Positions 36,234 to 49,080 of a DNA stretch of 61,978 bases are shown in pieces. The notes under the pieces are model-generated. The model was given only the letters and a program-made list of their open reading frames with translations, did not search any database and was not told the origin of the DNA. How positions within the stretch are numbered: position 1 is the stretch's first letter; each line of letters begins with the position of its first letter. Source of the DNA: Chiloscyllium plagiosum (taxonomy: Eukaryota); NCBI RefSeq assembly GCF_004010195.1, contig NW_025215354.1, positions 56,777 to 118,754 of the forward strand, given 5' to 3'. The translations under genes were made by a program, and so were the position numbers.

Positions 36234-37479
36234 TTTCCAAGTCATAGCCTCAAAATGAGGGGGAGCAGATTTAGGACTGAATTGAGAAACAACTTCTTCA
36301 CCCGGAGGGTTGTGAATCCGTGGGATTCACTGCCCAGTGAAGTGGTTGACGCGACTCCAGTAAAGATTTTTAAATCTTATTTTCTTGAACAATAAAGAAA
36401 TTAAGGGACACGGTGGGAGTGTGGGTAGGTGGATCTGAGTCCATGAGAAGATCAGCCGAAGGGCTGAACGACCTACTCCTGCCCTCAGTTGGTATGTGAG
36501 TGGTTTGGAGGGGAACTTGCAGATGGTGGGGGTGTTCCTCTGGGATCTTGAGAATGGCAGAACATGAGCCTTAGTGGGAGGTGGGTGCAGTAACAGAGAT
36601 CGTGAGTGAGGATAGCACAATGACCTTGGACCAGGTTGTCAAGATTTGGTGAGCTCCTCTGCTCGTCCTCTGGGAAGGAAGGCTCCTCTCCATCGCACCA
36701 GCCCTTTCAACCAGTTCCACTCGGGGCCCCTGGAGGGGAAATCATGGAGCCCCATTCCCCTTCGGCAATGCATTCAGATTCAGTCCTTGACTGAGCAGGG
36801 CAGCTTCGGAATGCCAGTGCCCACCCAGGGGTGCACAGCGGCCTTTTAAAGATGGCATGGATGTAAGGGATGTGGCATTTCAGTGGATATGGCTGAGCGG
36901 GGATCTGTTCCAAGAGCAGCACGTGGTAAGATGGGACAAGAATTAGATATGGGGGACACCACGGAGGTAAGGTGGGGAGTTAATGAGACACATTTGGCGA
37001 GAAAACTCGCCAGTCCTTGTGGAGGGAATCCCTGCAAAAAAGCTTAATACAATTCCAACTGAGCCAAGAAAGGTAAGACTTGGCCCAGTATTTCAACAGG
37101 ATCACACTTGGTGATGGGCTGTGGTGTAACTTTCTTACCCTCTCTTCAGACTCAACTATCTCAGTGTTCAGTACATTCAACATGGAGTACCCACATCTCC
37201 ATGGGCCCAAAACAAAGATTGACAACCCTGAGTGAAGTCTTTTCTCCTCATCTCAGTCCTCATTTAGTTTCTCTCCTGCCGGAGCTCACTGTGACACTGC
37301 CCAACGTTGAGTCAGAGGATTGTGTCATTCTTTGCCAACTCTGGTTGGAAATATCCGGAATGTTGATTGATTTGACCCCTGACCTCCAATCACCCTGGTG
37401 ATTGGTAACCGGACATAGCTATTGTACCCTGTGATGAACTTTGCAATCACAGCTGAACCTTGAGCATTGGTCCAGACAG

Positions 37480-38110
37480 TGCTGGCGGAGGACAGCACTG
37501 TCAGAGGTGCTGTCTTTCATTGTAGCACTGCCTGCTCTCTCGACTGGGCATAACAGAACCCATTGCGCAGTTCGGAGGAGACCAGAAGGTGTTCGCCCCA
37601 GCATCCTGGCCAACGTCACAACTCAATGACACCAAAAAAAAACAAATCCCTACAGTGTGGAAACAGGCCCTTCAGCCCAACAGGTCCACACCAACCCTCC
37701 GAAGAGTATCCACCCAGACCATCCTATATTTATTTTTAACTAACACACCTAACCCACACATCCTTGACCTCTATGGGCAATTTAGCATGGCTAATTCTCC
37801 TGACGTGTACAACAGTTGTCTGTGTGAGGTAAGCAGAGCACCCAGAGCAAACCCACAGAGAGGATGTGAAAACTCGACACTGACAGTCGTCCAAGGCTGG
37901 AATCAAATCCACAAACCTGGCACTGTGAGGCAGCAGTACTAGCCACTGAGCTACCCTGCTGCCCCAAATCATCACCACTTGGTCAGATGGCTGTTTGTGG
38001 GATTTTGTTGGACCCATTGACCGTCACCATTGCAATTGCAATAACAACTCCAAAGGAGTGTTCTGTTAATGGGCTGTAACGCCTTTGTGACAGGTCCAAG
38101 CAAAGTGCCA
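37480..38110 (+). mobile_element. Old DeuSINE-like fragment split by an HE1 SINE
   Basis: gcactgtcagaggtgctgtctttc and ccccagcatcctggccaac motifs; resumes after 37965 with gctgtttgtgggat. Confidence 0.5.
37646..37965 (-). mobile_element. HE1-type SINE (diverged)
   Basis: Minus-strand head, V-domain and tail. Confidence 0.8.
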
Positions 38111-38175
38111 GATGTTCGTTTTGATCACAATGGGGAAAAGCTCGTTGATATTCTCTTGATCTCAACTTGTTGCAG

Positions 38176-38283
38176 ATGTCGTAGGTTGTGTTGTGCCCAG
38201 TCTTTGCAAACAGTACTGCGATGCTGATGTTGGATGCACCAACATTGCCTACCCCCGGCTGGTGGTGAAGCTGATGCCAAAGG
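38176..38283 (+). CDS. slc5a1: SGLT1 coding exon (exon 10 equivalent, 108 nt)
   Basis: ttgcAG|AT GTC...AAG G|GTgagt; encodes [36 protein letters not shown] with the four conserved extracellular cysteines. Confidence 0.95.
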
Positions 38284-38534
38284 GTGAGTCCCGGTCTGCA
38301 AAGACCCAATATAAAAATAACATGGAAAAGGTACGGGGGTGGAATTTGCTAACGGCATCAAATACGTGGCTGGGTGGACATAAGAAATAGGAGCAGGAGT
38401 AGGCTATTCGGCCCATCAAGCCTCCCCTGCCAGTTAATAAGATCATGGCTCGTATGGACAGTGCCTTCTAACCCAGGTCCCTGATGGCACGGTCTCCCTA
38501 CACTCCTTATACCAGGGTCCTCCACCAGGGTGAG

Positions 38535-38862
38535 GTGATGGTGTAGTGGTATTAATGCTAGCCTGTTAATGCAGAGACTCAGCTAATACTCTGAGGGCAT
38601 GGGTTCAAATCCCACCATGGCAGAGGGTGGAATTTGAATTTGATGTTTTTAAAAAAAGAAATCTGAAGTCCAATGATGATCACAAATCTGTTCTTGATTG
38701 CTGGGTTCACTAATGCCCTTGAGGGAAGGAAACTCCCATTTGTAACTGTTCTGGCCTACATGTGACTCCAGACCCACAGCAATGTTGTTGACTCCTAAGT
38801 GCCCTCTAAGCAATTAGGCATGGGCAATAAATCCAGTGCTGCCCTCATTCCATGAATGAATA
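38535..38862 (+). mobile_element. Second tRNA-derived SINE family (other copies ~21815-22110 -, 33120-33460 -, 34148-34385 +, 39135-39441 -)
   Basis: tggtgtagtggt A box, gggttcaaatcccacca B box, shared body ggcctacatgtgactccagacccacagcaa, and a tail shared with LINE 3' ends in the window. Confidence 0.7.
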
Positions 38863-39954
38863 AGATGGTGGAATGGAATGCCCAATGATGGGTGAAGGTG
38901 ACCAATTGAAGGAAAGCCCTTCCACATACACTGTAGGACTTGGACAAGTGGTGGTGGTAGTGAGTGAGCCACCTTTTCAGAGGGTCAACGAGACTGATTC
39001 CTGAAATGGCAGGACTCACTATGAAGAGAGCCTGAATTGGTTCGGGTTATCTTCACCAGGGATGGGGGACAATCTCAGAGAAACCTATAAAGTTCCAGCC
39101 TGTGGGATTTGTTTTAATTCAGTGATGGGATAGACCAGCATTTCTTGCTCATCCCTCAGAGGGCAATTGAGAGTCAACCACATTGCTGTCAGTCTGGAGT
39201 CACGCGTAGGCCAAACCAGGTGAGGATAGCAGGTTTGCTCCCTGAAGGACATGAGTGAACCAGAGGAGCTTTCCCTGACAATGGATTCATGGTCACCATT
39301 AGGCTTGTAATTCCAGATTTTCATTGTGTTTCATATTTCACTATCTACGTGGCAGGATCTGAATCCAGGTCCCTCGAATACTACCTGGGCCTCTGGATGA
39401 ACAGGCCAGTGATAATACCACGAGGCCATCACCACTGCCTCACATAGAAAGCAGTTGAGGCCAAAACATTGAATGTTTTCAAGAAGGCGTCGGATCAGGC
39501 TGAAGGGATCACGGGGTAACAAGCGGTAACAGGGGATGGAGTTGGATGATCATATTGAATGGCAGAGCATGCTCAAAGGGCCGAATGGCCTACTCCTGTT
39601 TCTGGAGTCATATGTATGGGCGGATGGGTTTTTAAACATCGATTTTGCCTTCAGGGTCATAATGACTGATTTTGGCTTTCAGAAAGTGTTTAAATCCTGC
39701 CAGGGATCTTAATGGGACTTGAATCCTTACCTCTGAGGGCCTGCCCTGAGAGATCCTGATGCAGTGACACTACCAGCAACTCCTTTGGACAGGAGGTCAG
39801 CCAGGAAATATAAAAATAGGTCAGCAATTGGAGCTCTTTGCTGGAGTTTGCCTTGATATTTACACAGAGCAACGTGTAATGGTAGATGGTATTGTAAAAG
39901 GCTTGTAACAGCGATGATAGATTGTGGTCTGAACTGTTTCTTATTTTCTGTTAG

Positions 39955-40105
39955 GTCTGCGTGGCTTGATGCTGTCTGTCATGTTGGCATCGTTGATGAG
40001 TTCCCTGACATCCATCTTTAACAGTGCCAGCACACTTTTCACCATGGACATCTGGACCAAGATCAGGCCCAAAGCAACAGAGAAGGAACTTATGTTAGCA
40101 GGAAG
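39955..40105 (+). CDS. slc5a1: SGLT1 coding exon (exon 11 equivalent, 151 nt)
   Basis: gttAG|GT CTG...GGA AG|GTaagg; read by hand as [51 protein letters not shown] (not in the ORF track). Confidence 0.95.
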
Positions 40106-40284
40106 GTAAGGATCACCCTGCTCCAAGCACTCACCTTCAAATAGGCCGGACTCTCAGCCTTCAGTAGGTGACATTGTCTGAAGAAGGGATGGAGGTACAG
40201 AATGTTGTGTTGTCCTGTTCCACCTTGCACCACAAACTATGATCGCGGGCGATGCCATCTAATAAGCCCCATTAACACGTCAGG

Positions 40285-40634
40285 GAGGCACTGCTGCCTC
40301 CCAGCGCCAGGGACCCGGGTTCGATCCCAGCCTCAGGCGACTGTCAATGTGAAGGTTCCACATTCTCCCCGTGTCTGAGTGTCCCCAGATCCATTCCCCT
40401 ACATTTACCCCTGACGAATGCACCTCACCCGCACATCCCTGAACACTGGGGCAATTTAGCACGGCCAATTCACCCTAACCTGCACATCCTTGGACTGTGG
40501 GAGGAAACAGGAGCACGCGGAGGAAACACAGGGTGAACGTGCAAACTGCACATGGTCGGCTGAGGCAGGAATCCAACCCAGGTCCCTGGTGCTGTGAGGC
40601 AGCAGCGCTAAACACTGAGCCACTATGCCACCCA
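40285..40634. mobile_element. Fused inverted HE1 SINEs (5' half + at 40285-40381; minus copy 40382-40634)
   Basis: Forward head/body abuts a reverse-oriented copy lacking its tail end. Confidence 0.75.
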
Positions 40635-41379
40635 CTATCTGAATGAATTGTCCATTAAAAGGTGTTAGTGGGGGGAGGGAAGACCATGTTTCTGGTGAAC
40701 GTTGACAGCTACACAAACAGCTGGCTGGAGCCTCATTCACGAGCTGGGAAAAAACAGCTTTACCTCACTCAGGCTTGCCCTGAATCCACTGCCATATGCA
40801 TCTCAGGTGAGCCCATCACTGTATTTCCATTTTTGCTCTGTTTATACATTCCTTTCTCTTCGTCCCTTCTAGAACCTTCTCTTTTATTCTCATATGTCCT
40901 TTCACTTCTCCATTCACTCCCACCTCCTGTTAATACACGCTGAAGTTTGTATCATATTTGACTCCGGGATAGGTTGCTAATCCCAGATTTGTTTAGAGAC
41001 AAAAAATCCTGCCGATGCTGGAATCCAAAGTGGACGGGCAGGAGGCTGGAAGGACACAGCAAGCCAGGCAGCACAAGGAGATGGAGAAGTCAATGTTTCA
41101 GATGTAACCCTTCTTTGTATCATCACTAAGACTGTCATATTCCACCTCAACTCATCAACCAGTGAAACCCTCATCTAGGACTTTGTTACCTGCGGACTCA
41201 AATATTCTCAACATGACATCCCCCCACATTCTCCGCTCTTAACATAGAAACAGCTGGAACAGCATTTCCTGGACTAAGCTCAAAGCAAGTTCCATTCACT
41301 CACTCAGTCACTCATCACCCCTGTACTCTCTAACCCTATGAGCCCACAGTTGAGCAACAATAGAATTTTATAATCTTTA

Positions 41380-42036
41380 GAGAGTCAGAATCATACAGCA
41401 CAAAATAAGACCCTACAGTCCTACTCGTACATTCAGACCAGATATCCTAAATTGACCCAGTCCCATTTGCCAGCACTTGACCCATATCCCTCTAAACCCT
41501 TCCTATTCACATACTCATCCAGATGCTTTTTAAATGTATCAATTGTACCAGCCTCCACCACTTCCTCTGGCAGCTCATTCCATACACGCACCACCCTCTG
41601 CGTGAAAAAGTTGCCCCTTAGATCTCTTTTATATCTTTCCCCTCTCACCCGAAACCTATGCCCCTCTAGTTGGGAAAATACCTTGTCTATTTACCCTATC
41701 CATGCCCCTCATAATTTTGTAAACCTCTATAAGGTCACCCCTCAGCCTCCGATGCTCCAGGGAAAACAGCCCCAGCCTGTTCAGTCTCTCCCTATAGCTC
41801 AAATCCTCCAACCCTGGCAACATCCTTGTAAATCTTTTCTGAACCCTTTCAAGTTTTACAACATCTTTCCGATAGGAAGGAGACCAGAATTGCATGCAAC
41901 ATTCCAACAGTGGCCTAACCACTGTCCTGTGCAGCCGCAACATGACCTCCCAACTCCTGTACTCAATACTCTGACCAATAAAGGAATGCATACCAAACGC
42001 CGCCTTCACTATCCTATCTACCTGCAACTCCACTTT
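41380..42036 (-). mobile_element. CR1/HER1 LINE 3' fragment
   Basis: VRPLLECCMQFWSP, RRLRGDLIEVYK, FFTQRVVRVWNELP. Confidence 0.88.
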
Positions 42037-42400
42037 CGGATGAAGGGAGTGAATTCTCAGTGGACCCTTGCTCAGAAGTGCCCACCCAATTTAATAACTG
42101 ACAGTCTGCAATTCATGTAGTTGAATAACCTGCTGTGTGTTCCAGACAAAGGTAGTACTAACTGACCATCCTTCTGACTGCAGTCAGTAATATTGATGTG
42201 TTCCATTGTCCTATTGACATCTGGCAAATATCTGCATTGCTCAGACAGGAGTGTGGTGATGCTTGGAGCAGTTGCAGGGAAATTAGTCCATATTGTTCAG
42301 GGCAGCTTACAATTGCTGTGCTCAATTTGATGGCGAAGTGGAAATGGAGGAGCTTGGCATTTTTTTCATTCCTTATTATCTGTTCCTTCTGCCTCCTCAG

Positions 42401-42569
42401 GGTCTTCACCTTGGTCCTGATTGGGATCAGTATTGCCTGGATTCCGATCGTACAAACGGCACAGAGTGGACAGCTCTTTGACTACATCCAGTCAATCACC
42501 AGCTACCTGGGTCCTCCTATAGCTTCTGTCTTCCTGTTGGCCATCTTTGTCAAGCGTGTCAACGAGCCA
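42401..42569 (+). CDS. slc5a1: SGLT1 coding exon (exon 12 equivalent, 169 nt)
   Basis: cctcAG|G GTC...CCA|GTaggt; encodes [56 protein letters not shown]. Confidence 0.95.
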
Positions 42570-42614
42570 GTAGGTTTCTGCTGTCTTTTATTTATATCAC
42601 ATGGCCTGCACACC

Positions 42615-43112
42615 TCATAGGGTCATACAGCACAGAAACAGACCCTTCAGTCCAGGCCGACCATAATCCCAAACTGAACCAGTCCCACCGGCCTGTGCTT
42701 GGCCCATATCCCTCCAAACATTGCCTATTCATTTACTTATCCAAACATCCTTTAAACGTTGTAACTGCACCAACATCCACCACTTCCTCTGGAAGTTCAT
42801 TGCACACATTAACCACTCCCTGTGTAAAAAGGATGCCCCCACGTCCTTTTTAAATCTTTCTCCTCTCACCTTAAAAATATGCCCCTGAGTTTTGAACTCC
42901 CCCACCCTCAGGAAAAGACCTTTGCTATTCACCTTATCTATGCTCCTCATGATTTTTATAAACTCCTATAAGATCACCCCTCAACCTCCCACACCCCAGT
43001 GAAAAATGTCCCAGCCGATCCGGTCTCTCCCCATAACTCAAACCCTCCACTCCCAGCAACATTCTGGTAAATGTGTACTGAGCTTTCTCCAGCTTAACAA
43101 TATCCTACCTAT
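42615..43112 (-). mobile_element. CR1/HER1 LINE 3' fragment
   Basis: Minus-strand RT C-terminus and tail. Confidence 0.8.
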
Positions 43113-43134
43113 AAGCCTGGTCAAGTCCATTCTC

Positions 43135-45420
43135 AGACGTTGTGGGAGACGAGGGAAGAAATTACAGAGGCCCTTGCACAGATTTTTGCTTCATTTCTAG
43201 CTACTGCTGAAGTTCGGGAAGACTGGAGGGTGGCTAATGTCGTCCCATTGTTTAAGAAAGGTAGCAAAGACAAGCCAGGGAACTACAGGCCAGTGAGATT
43301 GACATCAGTGGTAGGCAAGCTACTGGAGAGGATACTAACGGACAGCATCAACCAACATTTAGATAGTCAAGATCTGATTAGGGACTGTCAGCATGGATTT
43401 GTGTGCAGGAAGTCATGTCTGACAAATCTTTTAGAGTTTTTCAAACAGGTAATCAAGAGGATAGATGAGGGTAGGGCAGTGGATGTTGTCTATGTGGACT
43501 TTAGTAAGGCCTTTGACAAGGTCCCACAAGGCAGGCGAGTCATGAAGCTTAGGTCGTATGGGATCCAGGGAGAGCTAATTTATTGGATTCAAAATTGGCC
43601 CAACAGCAGGAAGCAGAGGATAATGGTTGAGGGTTGTTTCTCTGATTGGAGACTAGTGGTGACTAGTGGTGTGCCACAGGGGTCAGTATTGGGACCTTTG
43701 TTCTTTGATATTTACATAAATGATCTGGATGTGAATGTACAAGGCATGATTGGCAAGTTTGTGGATGATACAAAATTAGGAGGTATTGTTGATAGCGAGG
43801 AAGGTTACAGAGGGATTACAGAGGGATCTCGATCAGACAGGGAAGTGGGCTGGGGATTGGCAAATGCAATTCAACACAGATAAGTGTGAGGTGTTGCACT
43901 TTAGAAAATCAAAGGTAGGACTTTTACAGTAAATGATAAGATCATGAGGAGTGTTCTGGAACAGAGGGACCTAGGAGTACAAAATACATAGTTCACTGAC
44001 AGTGACATCACAGGTAGACAGGGTGGTGAAAAACGCATTTACCATGCTGGCCGTCATCGGTTGAGGAATTGAGTATAGGAATTAGAACTGAAAATGTGTT
44101 GCTGGAAAAGCGCAGCAGGTCAGGCAGCATCAAAGGAACAGGAGAATCGACGTTTCGGGCATAAAGGCAGGCGAGTCATGAAGCTTAGGTCGTATGGGAT
44201 CCAGGGAGAGCAAACTTATTGGATTCAAAATTGGCCCAATAGCAGGAAGCAGAGGATAATGGTTGAGGGTTGTTTCTCTGATTGGAGACTAGTGGTGACT
44301 AGTGGTGTGCCACAGGGGTCAGTATTGGGACCTTTGTTCTTTGTTATTTACATAAATGTTCTGGATGTGAATGTACAAGGCATGATAAGCAAGTTTGTGG
44401 ATGATACAAAATTAGGAGGTATTGTTGATAGCGAGGAAGGTTACAGAGGGATTACAGAGGGATCTCGATCAGACAGGGAAGTGGGCTGGGGATTGGCAAA
44501 TGCAATTCAACACAGATAAGTGTGAGGTGTTGCACTTTAGAAAATCAAAGGTAGGACTTTTACAGTAAATGATAAGATCCTGAGGAGTGTTCTGGAACAG
44601 AGGGACCTGGGAGTACAAGTACATAGTTCATTGACAGTGACATCACAGGTAGACAGGGTGGTGAAAAACGCATTTACCATGCTGGCCGTCATCGGTTGAG
44701 GAATTGAGTATAGGAATTAGAACTGAAAATGTGTTGCTGGAAAAGCGCAGCAGGTCAGGCAGCATCAAAGGAACAGGAGAATCGATGTTTCGGGCATAAG
44801 CCCTTCTTCAGCTCTGATCTCCAGCATCTGCAGTCCTATAGGAATTAGAATGTTGTAAAGTGATTGGTGAGGCCGCACCTGCAGTATTGTGTAGAGGTTT
44901 GGTCACCCTGTCATAGGAAAGACATAGTTAAACTGGAAAGAGTGCAAAGAAGATTTCCGAGGATGTTGCAAGGACTAGTAGGCCTGAATTATAGGATCAG
45001 GTTGGCCAGGATAGGACTTCATTCCTTGGAACATATGAGAATGAGGTGTGACCTGATTGAAGTGTATAAAATCACGAGGAGCATAGATAGGATGAATGCA
45101 TGCAGCCTTTTTCCCAGGGATGGGGAATTAAAAACTCAAGGGCGTAGGTTTAAGGTGAGAGGGGGAAGATTTAAGAAGGACCTGAGGGGCAACTTCTTCA
45201 CAGAGAATGGTGCGTATGTGGAATGGGCTGCCAGACAAAGTAGTTGAGGCAGGTACAATAGCAACATTTATAAAACATTTTGGCAGGTACGTGGATGGAA
45301 GGGTTTAGAGGGATATAGGCCAAATATGGGTGATTGGAACAAGCTGAGTGGGCACGATGGTCAGCATGGACCAGTTTGGGCTGAAGGGCCTGTTTCCATG
45401 CTGTATTACTCTGTGACTGT
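43135..45420 (+). mobile_element. CR1 LINE (RT to tail) containing a ~636-bp tandem duplication and a Penelope-derived insert
   Basis: DWRVANVVPLFKKG, DFSKAFDKVP, SGVPQGSVLGP, KFVDDTK; 43528-44163 is repeated at 44164-44799. Confidence 0.88.
44723..44836. mobile_element. Short Penelope-derived insertion with 14-bp TSD
   Basis: TSD tataggaattagaa at 44709-44722 and 44837-44850; minus-strand hammerhead core with ACGU changed to ACAU. Confidence 0.8.
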
Positions 45421-46106
45421 AAAACTAGGGGACCAGGACAGGACACAGTGCTCCAGAAGAGGCCTCACCAACATCCTGTACAACCTCATCATAACATTCC
45501 AACTATTTCTCTTCGGTCTTCCTCACCCCCTTCCCCATCCACCTGATTTCAGCAATGTTTCTTTCACTGCTCCTGTTCAGACTTTCACTCTGATACCCTG
45601 TTACTGCAGAAACAAGAAAAAGGTCTGATCTGTTCAGGAAGTGAAGCATGGGGCTCTATTGGTAGGTTTAATGAACTTTACATTGTCTGTAACCAGTCCC
45701 ATCCCATTCAGTGCCTCATGATCCACATTGGCTCACACTCCTTGGCAGTCTGACCTCCCAAGCATCCTTCAATAACCGAGACCACAAGCTCTGGAATTCC
45801 CTCTGTCCCCTCTACTTCACTTTCCTCTTTAAAAACATTCCTATTACCCAACCACTTTGGGCTCAGAAGAGATTTACCAGGATGTTGCTGGGACTGGAGG
45901 GTTTGGGTTGTAAGGTGAGGCTGGACAGGTTGTGCCTTCTTTCCCTGGAGCGTCAGAGGCTGAGGGGTGACCTTATTATGGGGGGCATGGATAGGATAAA
46001 TAGGCAAAGTCTTTTCCCTGGGGTCAGGGAGTCCAGAACTAGAGGGCATAGGTTTAGGGTGAGAGGGGAAAGATATAAAAGAGACCTAAGGGGCAACGGT
46101 TTCACG

Positions 46107-46800
46107 NNNNNNNNNNNNNNNNNNNNNNNNNNNNNNNNNNNNNNNNNNNNNNNNNNNNNNNNNNNNNNNNNNNNNNNNNNNNNNNNNNNNNNNNNNNNNN
46201 NNNNNNNNNNNNNNNNNNNNNNNNNNNNNNNNNNNNNNNNNNNNNNNNNNNNNNNNNNNNNNNNNNNNNNNNNNNNNNNNNNNNNNNNNNNNNNNNNNNN
46301 NNNNNNNNNNNNNNNNNNNNNNNNNNNNNNNNNNNNNNNNNNNNNNNNNNNNNNNNNNNNNNNNNNNNNNNNNNNNNNNNNNNNNNNNNNNNNNNNNNNN
46401 NNNNNNNNNNNNNNNNNNNNNNNNNNNNNNNNNNNNNNNNNNNNNNNNNNNNNNNNNNNNNNNNNNNNNNNNNNNNNNNNNNNNNNNNNNNNNNNNNNNN
46501 NNNNNNNNNNNNNNNNNNNNNNNNNNNNNNNNNNNNNNNNNNNNNNNNNNNNNNNNNNNNNNNNNNNNNNNNNNNNNNNNNNNNNNNNNNNNNNNNNNNN
46601 NNNNNNNNNNNNNNNNNNNNNNNNNNNNNNNNNNNNNNNNNNNNNNNNNNNNNNNNNNNNNNNNNNNNNNNNNNNNNNNNNNNNNNNNNNNNNNNNNNNN
46701 NNNNNNNNNNNNNNNNNNNNNNNNNNNNNNNNNNNNNNNNNNNNNNNNNNNNNNNNNNNNNNNNNNNNNNNNNNNNNNNNNNNNNNNNNNNNNNNNNNNN
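46107..46800. other. Assembly gap
   Basis: Run of N flanked by converging HER1 3' ends (45862-46106 +, 46801-46925 -). Confidence 0.99.
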
Positions 46801-48209
46801 CCAATCTTGCCCCATTTGCCAGCACCCGGCCCATATCCCTCCAAACCATTCCTATTCATATACCCATCCAGATGCCTTTTAAATGCTGTAATTGTACCAG
46901 CCTCCACCACTTCCTCTGGCAGCTCAGTCCATAAAAACTGTTGCCTGAAAGCAATTTCCCCCCATTATCCTTAGATCCCTTTACGTCATCGGATTTTGGT
47001 TTTGGTTTTAGGATTTGGACATGCGTCCATCACTATTTTAAACACACTCCATGATTGAACTTCCGCAGCCCTTTGGGGCAGAGAATTGAAAGATTTACAA
47101 CTGTCTGAGTGAAAATGTTCTGCTCATTTCCACCCTAAGTGACTTATTTGGAAATGGAGAGCTCCCCCAGTTCGAGACTCTCCAGTCAGAGGACACAGCC
47201 TATCTACATCTTTCAGTTCTTTACCATTGTGTTGTTCAAGCAGCTATCAAATGATGTTGTAGAGACTCAATTGTTTTTGTCTTTCCCCATTGAGTCCGAT
47301 CACAAGCAGCACATCCAAGGTTAATGTTGAAGTGAGAATTAGACAATGCATGGGGTTGGGGGAAGCGTAAAAATGGCACAGCCTTGGAGAAAGATGCCTA
47401 GAGATCCAGTTTGTCCATGCACTGTGAAGTTTTACAATCCACGGTGTGCCTTTGTTTTCCTCACGGCATCGCTGCGGCCTAACTGACAGGCCTGGCTCCC
47501 TGACAGGTGGGGGACATCTGGGAGAGTCACCCAACAGCACATCAGGAACCAAGATGGGTTCCTCCATCCCATTGGCATCTTTAGATTTGGGATAGAGAGG
47601 GGGACCCAATATTGCTTAGAAAACAAACTTGATGTCCTGACAGAAGAGGGGCTCTCCTTTCTCCGTCGTCCATAAGCAGCGCTGGAAAGATAACCACCTT
47701 CTCCACAGAGCTCTGCTCACCTCACTCGATCTCCAGTCTTCCTGTGGTCTGAATTAAACCTGTCACCTACACGTGGTACTACTTTCTCTGCGGTAAAGGG
47801 AGAAATGATTAAATTGAAACAGTTAGAATTCTGAGAGGGCTCAAAGAGGATGTTCCATCAAAACTAGAGTACCGACAACTACAAGGCATGCTCTCAGAAT
47901 GAGAGGCCAACTATTTCGGACTGGGGGTGGAAATGCATTCTGACATTCAGAGGATTGTAATCTTGCCTGGAGAGGTTGGACGTTCAGTCATTGGGTGTTT
48001 TCAAGCAGAGACTGATTGGTTTTGGGACTCCAATGAAAACAGGGGATCAGGCAAGAAAATAGAATTGAGGCCAAACAGCACCTTGATTTCACGAAAGTGT
48101 AGACTCCAGCAGACATTCCTGAAACGATGACAGACCTGCATCCTGTGTGAAACAGTCAGCCGATTGGTTGCTCTCCCTATGATGTATTAATGTGATCTTG
48201 TTATTGCAG

Positions 48210-48425
48210 GGTGCGTTTTGGGGTTTGATATTTGGCCTTGCCACTGGCTTGTCTCGAATGATCCCGGAGTTTGTGTATGGAACGGGCAGCTGTGTGCGTC
48301 CGAGCAACTGTCCCAAGATTATTTGCGGCATCCATTACCTGTACTTTGCCATCATCCTCTTTGTCGCCACCAATGTGATGGTGCTCATTGTGTCCTTCCT
48401 GACAAAGCCAATTGATGATGTTCAT
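48210..48425 (+). CDS. slc5a1: SGLT1 coding exon (exon 13 equivalent, 216 nt)
   Basis: ttgcAG|GGT...CAT|GTgagt; encodes [72 protein letters not shown]. Confidence 0.95.
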
Positions 48426-48846
48426 GTGAGTATGGGCTTCATTACAGCACTATCCCTACCCCTGCAATCGGACTGCTAACCATGGCATGGTGTGGGTAAT
48501 CCATGTGTTTGAGATGGTCCAACTTTATTGTGTGTCAATCAATATCTTTGGGATAAAGCCTGGTTTTTGGACAATTCAGGACTTCCATTGTGTTTGGAAT
48601 GTTTGGATGATACATGTTTTTGGAATGCTCCATGTGTTAGGAATATTTGGGTGAGGCATGTGTTCGGAATGGTTGGGAGGAGCCAGTGTTTGGGATGGTT
48701 ACAGTGCTGCACACATTGTGACACCCATGTTCCTCAGCCTGAATGTGGTACACACACAGTTGCAGGTCCCATTTGTGTTGGAAGATTTGAAAATGAGTGT
48801 TTGTTTCACAGTTGAATTATAGTCACAAATGTCATTTTTATTTTAG

Positions 48847-48955
48847 CTTTACCGACTGTGTTGGAGCTTGCGAAACAGCAAAGAGGAACGTGTCGATCTG
48901 GATAATGACGATTGGAAGAATGAAGATAATGATAGCAAAATGGATATTGATGAAG
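48847..48955 (+). CDS. slc5a1: SGLT1 coding exon (exon 14 equivalent, 109 nt)
   Basis: ttttAG|CTT...GAA G|GTgaca; encodes LYRLCWSLRNSKEERVDLDNDDWKNEDNDSKMDIDE. LYRLCWSLRNSKEERxDLD is SGLT1-type. The donor is weak but phase 1 matches the next exon. Confidence 0.88.
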
Positions 48956-49080
48956 GTGACATTGCAAAACATTTTCACACAGCAGATAATGACTGTATCC
49001 ACCTTCCCGGAACTATCTCCCAGTTTGACTCCTACTTTTTAATACCTTCTTTCTCTTTATATATATTGTATACATATTTA

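Noticed and set aside
45711..46934. ORFs of 237-407 aa
   Set aside because: Artefacts of reading through the N gap.
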